Notes under the pieces: model-generated | The model's database searches: none | Told to the model about the DNA's origin: nothing | The model's input: only the letters and a program-made list of their open reading frames with translations | Program-made: the position numbers and the translations under genes | Assembly (NCBI GenBank): GCA_964035545.1 | Contig: OZ037773.1 | Span: forward strand, 649,751-713,750 | Source: Bugula neritina | Lineage: Eukaryota > Animalia > Bryozoa | DNA: 64,000 nt | Direction of reading: 5' to 3' | In this document: positions 49,401 to 62,100 of the stretch, one piece after another | Numbering within the stretch: the stretch's first letter is position 1 | How the letters are laid out: every line of letters begins with the position of its first letter

Positions 49401-52012
49401 TGTTGGGTGCAGATTCTTTCAGTACATTCTCTCTACTACAAGGAAGTTGATTGTTTCTTCATAGATATGATAGAACAAGTATTTTCAAGCATCATAAACA
49501 GTAGGAAATGCATTCAGGGTAGTTTATTGCATGTCAGTTTCTTTGCCTGTAGTTATAATGGAGATATGTTACCAGATATACTATTGGAGACTCCTGGTGG
49601 CAATCTAACTCTCTACTTATCAGAGGGCAGGTATGTGTCTGCTACTCTCCTACACTTTGTCTGCCACCTTTTAGCTTAGCTTCTCAGCAATATACATCAG
49701 CTAAAAAGTTGTACCTGCAAGGATTCGTTTTGATTATGTGGAATTCAACTTGTATTCATTGGTGTGAACTTTTTACTATCATACTTTGCAATTTAAAATG
49801 TTGAGTGATTTCTCGCTAAAGGTTTACAACCACCTTCGGAAGCTGAGAAAGTTTTACTTCCTGTTCAGAGACTAACGTATAAATCTAGATTTGTGTTCAG
49901 AATGTTGATAAAGAGATGGGTCTACTGACTGCATACAGTCGGTGTATATAATCTGCTTTCCTTTTATTACTTAGCTCAAGAAACTTCACTTCCCAGTTCA
50001 TTAACAGCAGTTTGTGGGGCAGGCTGCACCACCCACATTCTAGTGCATTTGTTGATCTCAACAGGGATTTAGCTGCAGGTTTGTGTTGAATTAATTGTAC
50101 TTCTTTTGATTCTGTCCCATGCTTAAACCCTCACCTACACACTATGCACTATGATTCAGTCTATTTTAATGCAGTAACAATCCGATATATAACTGTATTT
50201 CTGTGAGTTGAGTTATCTACTAAATGAAGACTTATCTAATTCCTCCCATCTAATGATAATTAGTCTATGAAAACCTTCGAACTTGTTGATAGTTAAACTG
50301 TAAATCTTTCAGAACTTTTTTCAGCTTCAATCTGAAATGAACCCACGTTGTACTTTTATAGACTGACTGAAATTTGTGTCAATTTGTGTCAATTTTGCAA
50401 GTAATACGCTCTTCTGACTGTTATTTGTTGGCTGTGGATTGTAAAGTGCATATGTGTGAGTATTTCCATGAAGCTGTAACTCCTGCTTTCAACTGCCATA
50501 CTCCTTGTAGATATTGCCCTGACAGCAGTAGACGGTATATTTATCTCTATAAACCAGGTAAGGCAGTTACACTGACTAGTTAGCCTCTCACTACCATAGC
50601 ACTTTCAGTTGAAATGTTTTTCAGGCTGGGACTGTATCTCAAAGGGATGTGTCCTGAATGTTATACCTAGAGCTGTGCTAACTTCCTTATCTGCTGGCTT
50701 GTTTTAAGTTGAAGGGTTGAATTATCATTTTGTGAAGTAATTAATAACATTTAAGAAGATGCATTAATACTGTAGGCAGGGGAGTTCAAGCTGGGCCAAT
50801 CAGATGCACCGCTGTGTTTGATTGGCTGGCCCAAGATGAAAGATGATGACCTTCTGGGAATGACCACCTTTCTAGACTATGGTAGGCTATTGAGACTATA
50901 AACAATTACACAGACATGTTTTATATTTGGTGCACACTCGGATAGCCTTAGTTTCTAGTTATTTTTTACAATTTAGATTTTAGCTGCTGATGTATATGTT
51001 TTTGCCCTAAACTAATGAAATATTTACGAATACAACTAAATAATCAAGGTTTTTTTGTTCTAATTTTGCTTGATTTTATATGTCTTTTTCCTAACAGGCT
51101 CAGTATATTATATACATATTTAGCTCACATGACAATTACTTTGTGCCTTAATGTTGCAGCACTCTCTACCAGCTATTTTGTCTATGCATAACTAGTATCA
51201 GCACATAAAACTAGCCCTATGTAGTAGATTTTTATTAATATGAGCAAACTTAAATTATTGGTCATAATTTGCTGATGTGTACTGAATGAAGTAAAATGAT
51301 CCTTTAATGTCTAGCCTATACATACTTTTAGCATGCTGCAAGTTTTTTTTCAATATCATGAAATGCTATGATATTTTCTTATGATCATATTATCATATTA
51401 TATGTTATATTATTGTATTATATCATCTCTTATATAATTATATAGTAATGTATTAGTAACTATATTGTGTTGTATTCCAACTACAGACTCAGACTCATAC
51501 ATTGATGCCATGACTACAGTGACAACAGCAAAAGGGCAGACAACTCTATACACACTCTCTGGTTACACCATCTCCGCCTGGATAAGCAGTGGCTGTCCCG
51601 GCTCTGTAAGTTATGATACTTTTTGAATTTAAAAAAGTTGGCTCCCGCTTTGCTATATTGATTTGGTTATCTGTTTTGTATTCAACAACACTACTTGTTG
51701 TCTTTTTGTTACTTATTGTCATGTGAAATGACTCAGTTAGAGATTTGTGACTTAATACAAGAACTCATAACTTGAGCTATTTACAGAAGGATATTGAAAA
51801 GCCAACATGGTCTGTTTTGTCTTTGAATTTAACTGACCGGTCGGGACGTCTGTGGCGGGTGTCGTCTGCTGATAGTTGGCTGAGAGCCGGTGATGTGGAC
51901 AATGATGGCTACACAGACCTGTTAGTCACTTTAACTAACAGCGGGTGAGCTCTACTACTAGTACTACTACTACTACTACTAGTACTACTACTACTACTAC
52001 TACTACTACTAG

Positions 52013-52044
<32 letters not shown>

Positions 52045-52107
52045 ATACTACTACTGCTACTACTAGTACTACTACTACTACTACTATTACTACTACTACT
52101 GCTGCTG

Positions 52108-52147
<40 letters not shown>

Positions 52148-55100
52148 CATTACTACCGCTACTACCGCTACTACTAGTGCTACTACTACTGCTACTGCTA
52201 CCACTACCACTACTACTACTAGTACCACTACTCATACTAGTACTGCTACTACTATGAATCAAATGCTGGTTGCTGTTGCAGGAATACTAGGCCCTACATT
52301 CTTCACAATACGGCAACTTGCTCTGACTGTCCCAGAAATATGGAAGTCATGTGGGACTGGCTGTCTGTCACATCTAACGTGACTCAGGCTCTGCTGTTTG
52401 AGACGTACAATGATGTGAGTGTGCTGACTCTACAATGCAGTTTCAGGCAATGTCTCATCCACTTTAGTCTTTTCCTGCTTTTTATGTTTACAGTGCTGCT
52501 AACTTCTGCTGTGATACTTTGTCGATTACTGAGATGTGTTGTTATGCGTATTCCGTAAACATAGCTACACATGATATGTTGCTATGTGTACTCTGTTGCC
52601 ATGGTGACAGTGCAGTTTTGTTGTTATGTTGCTGCAGTTACCCAGTTGTCATGGTTACAGGGTATGTTAGACGTGATATACAACGGCCAGTATGATGAGT
52701 TTTCTGAATTGCGTCTTCTAGATAACAACATCGCTAAGCAGCAGTGCTTTGTTTCTGTGAAAGGTGAGACTGCACTGCAACTTTAGTCATGTAATCACTA
52801 TAGTAGTCATGTGATCACTATATTGTCATGTGATCACTATACTAGTCATGTGATCACTATACTAGTCATGTGATCACTATACTAGTCATGTGATCACTAT
52901 ACTAGTCATGTGATCACTATAGTAGTCATGTGATCACTATAGTTGTCATGTGATCACTATACTAGTCATGTGATCACTATACTAGTCATGTGATCACTAT
53001 ACTAGTCATGTGATCACTATACTAGTCATGTGATCACTATACTAGTCATGTGATCACTATATTAGTCATGTGATGATTATAGTAGTCATGTGATCAATAT
53101 ACTGGTCATGCGATCATTATGCTAGTCATGTGATCACTATACAGTTCACATTGACATGCTCCACTGACCTCAAACATGGTGTGCTATATTTCAGTTGGTA
53201 GCGGCCTGTGCGAGGATGAAGGTGATCTGAGCTGTAGTAAAGTAAGTTATGTAATATCTTATCGTCTCACATTCTTTTGAAATCTCGTCGTCTTAAGACT
53301 CCGCATTGTAATTCTGACAGAAAAACAACATCTATTTATACTAATATTTCTTTCACCTGGCTGAAAATATATTCTCTACTAGAACTGAGCAATTGCTTGC
53401 TGTTTGTCCAGAAATATAATCTCTGGTGTGGTTTATTTCCTTCAGCTTATCTGCAGGGTATACAACAATGTACAGTGTTCAGGATTTCTCGCATTGTTAA
53501 TTCTTGTCTTAGTAGATCTATTTTAAGGACATTTTAGTATTTTTCCTCTCTTTCTATGAATTATTTTAGGAGTCGTCATTTTTTTGTATGGATTTTTCTA
53601 GCATTTATCTCCTCTTTGCCTATTTTTGAATATCTGTTTCCTCTGAAAAAAGTTTCTTCCAGCAGTTACCTTCTCTCAGTATGAGTTGGTCTAGATGTTG
53701 TCTCCTCTTTGTATAATTCATTCTAGCAGTTGTCTTACCTCTGTTCACGTTACCCAGGCTACATGATAACATTGTAGCCTTACCCTAACATGGTTGGTGC
53801 CACAATCCGGTACGAATCAACTCATGCTGATGGCTCCCCGGCTACATGTGCTACCACTCAGCTCTCTCAGTCTACAAACAACGCACTACAAATGCCGTAT
53901 GCGATATTCGGGCTCGGCGCTAACCCCAACTTCCTAGACACGCTGACTGTGGGAGTTCCCAGGAAGAAAGGTGAGTCAGCGGCTACTGCAGACTGACACT
54001 AAAGTTTTAGCTTGTTATTTACTTTTAAATGTTTGGACTCAAGAGCTCCTGTAATCATATTTGTTGTGTTAGCCAGTTGCTCTTTCTTTCTAATGTAGAT
54101 TACGTTGATTGGAGTCACGTGTGGAGAACCATCATACCAAACTCTCACCTGATGGTTGTGCCGCGACCTCCAGACGACCCTGATCAGTATGTCATCATCT
54201 TCTACTCTGCTTCACACGTCATCCTTTTATGTCATTAGAACAATTTTGGTTTACTCAGCGTAAATATATGGACATCGGAAGCAAATTTGCCTGAGAGTTT
54301 AATAATTGTTTATTAATTTTGGATGAGTTTTTTTCAGATATATTCCTCTCTATTTTGTAAACGATATTTGATTGGAAATGTTTCCTAGCAATGGCAGTGT
54401 TTTCACTGACCTTGCTTTGACTCCAAGTAACACTATTTGTTAGCCGTGTGCTCTTCAAAGCAGAAGACATGTCTTGTTGTTAGGAGGTAGAAAAGTCACT
54501 GCTTTGTGCTGTAGGTGGGTGATGCACCTGTACGTTACACCCAGTCACCTGGTGCTCATCACTGGCCTCGTAATTCTCGCACTTTGTGCTCTACTGTCCA
54601 TCATCATAGCCTTGCTTCACCTCAAAGAAAAGGTAATGTTATATCTACTAGTTTACTCTGTCCTACTGTAATATTATATCTACTAGTTCACTCTGTCCTA
54701 CTGTAATATTATATCTACTAGTTTATTCTGTTCTATTGTAATATTATATCTACAGTTTATTCTGTCCCACTGTAATATTATATCTACAGTTTACTCTGTC
54801 CTATTGTAATATTATATCTACTAGTTTATTCTGTCCTACTGTAATATTATATCTACAGTTTACTCTGTCCCACTGTAATATTATATCTACAGTTTACTCT
54901 GTCCTACTGTAATATTATATCTACAGTTTACTCTGTCCTATTGTAATATTATATCTACTAGTTTATTCTGTCCTACTGTAATATTACATCTACTAGTTTA
55001 CTCTGTCCTACTGTAATATTATATCTACTAGTTTATTCTGTCCTACTGTAATATTACATCTACTAGTTTATTCTGTCCTACTGTAATATTATATCTACTA

Positions 55101-55302
55101 GTTTATTCTGTCCTACTGTAATATTATATCTACTAGTTTATTCTGTCCTACTGTAATATTATATCTACTAGTTTACTCTGTCCTATTGTGATAGTATATC
55201 TTCTCGTTCACTTTATCTTATTGTCTAATTTTCTAATTTTAGTATGAAGATCGAAAACTAAAGTTGCAAGAATCCCACAAGTTTCATTTTAGTGCTATGT
55301 GA
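46474..55302 (+). CDS. ITFG1: T-cell immunomodulatory protein / LINKIN (FG-GAP repeat membrane protein)
   Basis: Signal peptide plus AFADLNFDKKTD; VPADFDGDLFTD; YNGDMLPD; HSSAFVDLNRDLAAD; LRAGDVDNDGYTDL; QLSQS..ALQMPYAIFGLGANPNFLD; IIPNSHLMVVPRP; LYVTPS, TM, LHLKEK; C-term EDRKLKLQESHKFHFSAM* (ITFG1-type ..HRFHFDAM end). About 15 exons. Confidence 0.95.
51951..52252. repeat. (ACT)n-based trinucleotide repeat in an ITFG1 intron
   Basis: Seen directly, right after the donor GGGTGAG. Confidence 0.95.
52787..53141. repeat. 20-bp minisatellite (AGTCATGTGATCACTATACT), ~17 copies
   Basis: Direct tandem repeat in an ITFG1 intron. Confidence 0.95.
54632..55190. repeat. 33-35-bp minisatellite (GTAATATTATATCTACTAGTTTAYTCTGTCCTACT), ~16 copies, last ITFG1 intron
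   Basis: Direct tandem repeat starting at the splice donor. Confidence 0.93.
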
Positions 55303-56804
55303 TTACTGGTGGTTCACACTGCTGACCCTTTGTTGCCTGGGATGTGACACTTACAGACACCTGTTGACACTTGCCCCACTATCTCGCCATCTTTCTAGCA
55401 TTGCTATATTCATACTCGATGCTAAGGCAAATGCTAGAAATGTTGTAAATATTCAAACTGTATATGATCTGTTTATTACTAGTTTATTATTAGTTACACA
55501 GCAGTTGGAAAAGCCAATTCATCTTTAGTCTAACAGCTGAGTGATAAGATGATTATTGTGAAGAATAAGTATCATGTGATGGTATCTCAAGTCTCTAATC
55601 TATCCCCTCTGTTATACCCCTAGAATATCGGGTCACCTACTAACCTAGAAGCACTGTGGTTAGTGTAGTCTGGACGTTTTTAGTGTGATATAGGTTACGG
55701 CCTTATCTAGGTCAACATTTTTATATATAGGTTGCATCATAATACTACTCTTACCTAAAGTTGCTTTGCTGAAGTCTTGTTGTAGGTACCGGTGAAAGTC
55801 ACTCACATTAAATCTATAATTATGATACTTATTTATTTACACTTATTTAATGATTATAAAAAATGTTCTGCGACCACCAGATATGGAGTTGTCTCTCTTG
55901 GTCACATTGGTAGACTGGCTTTAATGTATCAATAAAACAAAGTTCTATGAATTGATGATTAGCTAACATTATTTGTATGTATTGACATTTAATCAGCTAT
56001 ATTGAGATACAAGAATATATACAACAACTGCATTAGTTGGTCCAAAGAAAATAAACTTAACAAAAACGTCTTGTCATATATCAGCAGCAACTGAGTATTT
56101 TATGCAGCAATGCTCAAATTGTAACAAAATGTAATATCATTGTCAAAATTTATCCTAAATTAACATTGAAACTTTTCTGTAAATGCAGAATCTTCGGCAA
56201 AGGTTAGCCAAGTTGTCCAAATCAATATGTCGTTTAAGCTTTTATCACATTTGTTGATGTAATGCTGATGAAAGAGTTATAATTTATTCTTTGAACTGCA
56301 CAGCTGTGACATGATACATATAGTACGCATTTGATTGACAAAATAAAGTTATGGTAACAAATATATTGCTATCAACTGGATGAATTCTAATGTTGATATA
56401 TTAAATAATTAAATGAGCAATCTAAGCTGATATCAAATGCTTGTGTGAAAAGGTGAAAAGTAAATGAAGAAGCCCACCCACGATGCATGCTGAAGTGAAG
56501 TGTCTCTACTAATTAGGCATACGACCTGTCAAGGAGTGATCTTTCATTTCTCTCTGTGCGATGTCGTTACTTCGGAAATGTTTGAAAATATCCTACTCGA
56601 AACATTTGCTTTGGAAACCTGCAATTGACAACAAGAGTTGTCCACTCTCTAAACAAATTGCTTATACATGGAAGGCAACCACATTTCAAGTGTCTTAAAC
56701 TGAAAAGTCTCATCCAGCATTAAAAGGTTTGTAACTCTGGAGAAATGTTAGTAGGTACAAGAGTAAGTAACTGGCTGAAGGGAGGCATTCCAACAAAATC
56801 TACG

Positions 56805-56965
56805 CATTATACTACAGTGTGTATTGTACTACTACACAGTATACTACAGTGTGTATTGTGCTACTACACAGCATACTACAGTGTGTATTGCACTACTACA
56901 CAGTATACTACAGTGTGTCTTGTTCTACTACACAGTATACTGCAGTGCGTATTGTACTACTACAG
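56805..56965. repeat. 32-bp minisatellite, ~5 copies
   Basis: ACTACAGTGTGTATTGTACTACTACACAGTAT repeats. Confidence 0.88.
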
Positions 56966-57612
56966 GTTGGTAATCTCCTGAGTTGTGAATTGATTCACTT
57001 TGGTTTTCTTTTTATAAATAATACTTATACTTCATAACCAATGAAAGTTTAGCAATGAAAAGATAATTTCTGAAGTTGAAACACAGCCGCCAAAACCCAT
57101 GAAAATATGCTCTAACTACAACATCCCGTAAAGCAGAAAAAATGCCAATGCTCTTCTACAAAGTCATATGAAAGCCAATTAGTAAATGATCTCCATTTAC
57201 AACTGGTCTAAACCTGAGTTGCAGTGTTTCTCGCTGCAATATGATAGTACATAGCGAGGTGAGAAATATACCCTCTGTACAACACTAGCAAAAGAAATTT
57301 ATGCAAAGTACTCCTCTAGACTATTTTCGTATAAAATAAATAATTTAGTATAAATAAGACATAACTTTTTTGTAAGCAGAGAATGCAAAATATAAAGACA
57401 GCATTTGCTTGTTGGACACTAAATTTTTTTACAATAACCTACTTCAATTTTAAAACTGAATGCAGTTGAGGTTTGAATTTCTTAAAAAAATTGTCGAGAT
57501 ATTTGCATTTATTATCGCTGTATAATATATACCTATAACTGTTTAACTGTTGATTATATGTATCACTAAATAATATTAGGCGTAATAATATATATATATA
57601 TATATAAATATG

Positions 57613-57674
<62 letters not shown>

Positions 57675-58698
57675 CCTATATATTTATTTTTTAATAATCG
57701 AAAAACAAATTTAATTTATAGGCTATATATAAATATATAATATAGGTTATATGCATAGTATTATATTACACGCACACGCACACGCACACGCACATGCACA
57801 CACTTTAGTCAACACAACATGATGGTAGAAATAAGTGGGAGTTACTAGCTCCTGTATCATGATTAGACTGATTTCGCGATGTTTAGCAGTTGCTTCCGGA
57901 CATTCGTAGAATCTTATTATTGGTCGATTGATATGTTGGACTAGTGTAGCAGTAAGCAGAAGACGAATTCGTGTTCATCATGAATTAGAATAATTTTTCG
58001 TATTACCTTCTATTGCATATCCAATTTCAGTAAATTTATGGATTATGATAATAGAGATATGCATAATAACAACTATATTTATTAATGTGGATTTTCAATA
58101 ATTATGTTTATAGTACTAATACTAATACTAATAGTTATTCGCATCATTGTGATTAACATAATCATTAACTTTAACTTTAAGTTTAAGTGATAATCATAAT
58201 GATAATGATAATGATATTATTTTTCATTATGACTATCATTTTCAATTTCATATTGATATTAATATTCAGTTTCATATTCAATATCAAATTGGCAATGAAA
58301 TTGATATTTTCACTAAAATTTGATAATAAATCAAGATGTTATTATTTCAAATTTCTAAAAGTAAACCTTTTTTCTGCATCAATATAATAATGAATGTCGA
58401 TATAAAAATAATTTTAAAATTGGATAGTCATAGTGTGATGAATTGTGGGTTGTTATTGGAAACTAAGCTAGGTGGACCAAAGCTTTGTAATGAGAGGGAG
58501 AAGGGAGAGTTCCAGTTGTAGAAGGCCGGATTTGGTTCACCTGGAGTAGAAGAAACCCAGGTGTAATCTCGCATAAGCAGTATACTGAATCTGCCCTGTA
58601 CAGGCTGGACTCCGAAATGGAAAGTAGTTGGCAAGTGATTATATTCACTATCTGTGTCCATAGTGTTCATTCGGGTATGACTAAAATGGGTGGCCACC

Positions 58699-59160
58699 TG
58701 TTATATCGTGATTTATTAGTATGTGTAATTGTTTTCTTTTGTTGTTGCGTGTGTGTAGGGTGCACAACTCTAAGATATTAGATATAGCGTGGGTGTGGCT
58801 TTTGTGAGTGTTGTAGCTATATAACCTAGTGTAAATGGGAGAATTGCGAAACTTTAGAGTGATTGAGGAACGATTGAGGATATTTGTATAGAATGTATGC
58901 GACCCAATTAGAATGTGTTAGAGTACGTTAGTGAGTGCTAGACCAGGATCACAGACTGAGGAGCACCACCAGCTGACTTTTCTAACTCGGAGTCTCAACT
59001 TCACTCCTACCGGACGGACAGGAGCTGGAGTTACCTCGCAGCTAAGCTATTAACCCATAACTGCACACCGACCCCGAGCTCACCCCAAGGCTACAATAGG
59101 CTATATATATATTATTCGGTGAGTTTACGATACTCAAAATCAGTAAAACCCACCATAACA
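58699..59160. mobile_element. Solo LTR
   Basis: TGTTAT..ATAACA inverted termini with 4-bp TSD CACC (58695-58698 / 59161-59164). Confidence 0.78.
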
Positions 59161-60349
59161 CACCCGGTGTCGCGGTCTGTGCCACCTATTTTAGTAATGA
59201 GGGGGGTTGACTAAAATGGGTGCCGCGGAAGATTTTCGTTTTATTTTCAGATTTTTAGACAGTTGTGACTGCTCCAATCATTCTTAGATCAATATTCAGT
59301 TGATAAGGAACATTTCACAATCGTTTAAACCAAAACACATAAATAAATTATGATAGAATCGAAATAATTATAGCTAAAACCAAACTTGTCAAGAGTTATC
59401 TTTTCTTATCAAAAATGTAATTTTTACTTAATTTTATTGTTATTGTTGTGATCATAGACATGCCGACTTAAAAGCATACTTTAAACTAGTAAAAACGCTA
59501 GGAGCTTAATATTTAAAAAAACAAAGATAGTCACAAAGTTTAAAAATAATGAAACATTTTTGCGACAACACTTTTAGTTAAAACACCACAGTATGACTAA
59601 AATGGGTTTCACGAAAATTTTTGATTTACATTTAGCATTGAGGACAGATAATTTTACAATTGACACCAATAAACTGCTTTTGCATTTTTACACCAATTTA
59701 GCAAGTAAAAATTTATGAAGCCGGGACACAAAAATAAATAAGATTAAAGTCATTCTGAAAATCCTTAAGGTCAAAAACTAGGGGTGCATGAAGAATTCAA
59801 TACATTGATTTCAATTTAATTTTATTGGTATTTTTCCACTTTTAGATATGCTTACTCATAAATCACATACTTTCAACTAGTGTAAATGCTGAGAGCAATA
59901 TTGACAAACAGAAATGTTCACAAAATGTGAAAATAAAACTAAAAAATTTTTGCAACACCCATTATAGTCAAAAAACCCAAAGTGACTAAAGTGGGTGTCA
60001 CTGTAATTTTTGCTTTTTTCATGTTAGCTTATTTCTAGAATTCTTGTTGTTTAATTGGTTGTTGATCAAAACTTTAAGAAAAACCCTAATATACTATCAT
60101 TGTTTTACCCCAAATCACAATAGTAATAAGTAAAAATTTACAATAAAAAGAAAATATAATAAAAACAGAAACAATCAGTGACACTTCCTAGAGTTGTCTA
60201 CCCTTTGTTCTTAGTTTCTCTTTTACTTTATTTTTCTCAATATTTGACTGTTGAAAGTTTTAATAATCTGAAGTAGTAAATGCAAATAAAAAATCTAACA
60301 TTGTAGAAAGTTTTAGTATATCGAAAATGCAACTCCTATTCCCTTTACT

Positions 60350-62100
60350 CTGTTACCCTAACGTGCATTATCTCTGATACTACATGAACGTTACGCTACT
60401 GACGCTCAAGACAAAGTAGCAGGATCAACCAATCGAAAGAGCTAATGATTGTCATCTTTAGCAGCTGCGTGAATGGATAGTCCCACCCTGTCGATTCCAA
60501 TCCCAATGGTTGAAGGTTTTCGAAGTGGTTTTACTGGAATAATGTTACGTCCTGCTGGCTTCATGATAGAGTTGCAAATGACCAGACTTTGTGTTGAGGG
60601 GTGGTGGCGTAAGACTTTCTCAATCACGTGATCGGAAGTCCACTTTCTTGATTTACGAAGGGTCAATTGCGCATTTAAGAGTCGGTTTCTTCGAGCTGGA
60701 TAAAAACCCTCTAGTCTGAAGGGATCTACCAAACCACTGACAGTTTGGAACTCCAACCGAAACTAACATACAGCCCTTTATAGTATACCCCACCATGGGT
60801 TGCCACTCCCAAGTGGTCACAATGGTAATCAGCAAGGTTTCTGGAAAGCCTTCATTCAAGCAGGCCTTCCTCCAACTCCAAAGGATTTACAGAGTGGAAT
60901 TGTTCTGTGGGTTCCACAGGGAAAGTGGCCCTGTCCCCATCCACCTCAAGGGTGAGTATATCCTCTATCCTAGAACTACGGAGCTGGTTTCAGTGGCAAA
61001 TGGCCTGGAGGTCCTGGTTGAGGGGGCGGTGCTAGTGCGTCAAGGACTTCGTCACATCCTTTGACAGTAATCTCCCAGTCTTGCAGCCAGGTTGTCCTCA
61101 TTCATGAGATAGGTTGACGGGCAGTCTCAAGCAGTGAGGCCGCCTGCCTTATAGTGTCGGGGCCAGCCCAATATGGCTTCAGCCTTTTTTGACTCTGAAC
61201 AAAGATCTGTCAAAAATGCGCTAACCAGTAAAGGTAATTGGGTATGACTTCCACGATGTAGTAGGATCCAACAAACTGGGGCTGAAGTTAAGCTCACTGT
61301 CTTTAACGCCTACAACGCCTTGGTGCAGAGGGGCTTCCTCCGAGTCTTATGCATGCACTTTCTGCTGCTTTCCCCACAGAATCTTGTGGACCGTCCACAT
61401 CTGGCCAATTACATCTTCTGTGTACTCGCGTATGGACCTCTGGCGCAAGAACATGATGAGCCGGGTGATCCAAAACCTGGGTTATCCGGCGGAAAACCAA
61501 AAGGCTGGAATCTCCTGTGTATTGGAGTGTAGTATGCTGCAGTACGCTTGTGTGATTTGCGGCAGCACTACGTTCCATTACTCTCTGCTATTGCCTAAGA
61601 GCAGGCTCCTCAGGGCATCACCCAACATTATATTGTTCCTTTCCACAACTGCGTTGTCTTGCGGGTGATGTGGGGTCGTCTGATTCACCACCCATATTCG
61701 GCAGAGGTCACTCATAAGCTGAGGCTAGAACTGTGCATCTTTTTTTTGTTGTTCCAGGGCCTGAATTGCTGTGGGGGCTGATGCGTCTGGAAGGGCTAGA
61801 GTGTCCACCTACCATGTAAAGTTGTATGTGAGCATCAGAATTCAGGTTCTCTCAGCAGCCAGGAGGTGGTGTTGCAACCCCAAGTTGTTCAGAGATCTAG
61901 AGAATACGTCAAACAATAAATTTTGGCGATTCTCCACTTCCAGGTTGCCATATGCGACCTGTGGCAGTCTTACAACTCAGTTAACATAATCCTGCAGGGA
62001 TGTTTAAGGCTCTTGTCTCAATTTCTGCAGACGGTCTCTGGCATGCCAAACCGTCAGCCCGACTTGAGCGCAGAGAGTCTGGATGATGTAGTCAACATTG
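60350..62100 (-). mobile_element. Degenerate Gypsy relic (integrase region related to the provirus at 22352-29466)
   Basis: Minus-strand remnants resembling [43 protein letters not shown] and LKPYWA, in the same order as 24309-25453. Boundaries are uncertain. Confidence 0.75.

Noticed and set aside
51909-52382. Poly-Thr/Ser/Val ORFs as a mucin exon
   Set aside because: The (ACT)n tract lies between ITFG1 donor and acceptor sites. The 5748-6219 mucin exon, by contrast, splices in frame.
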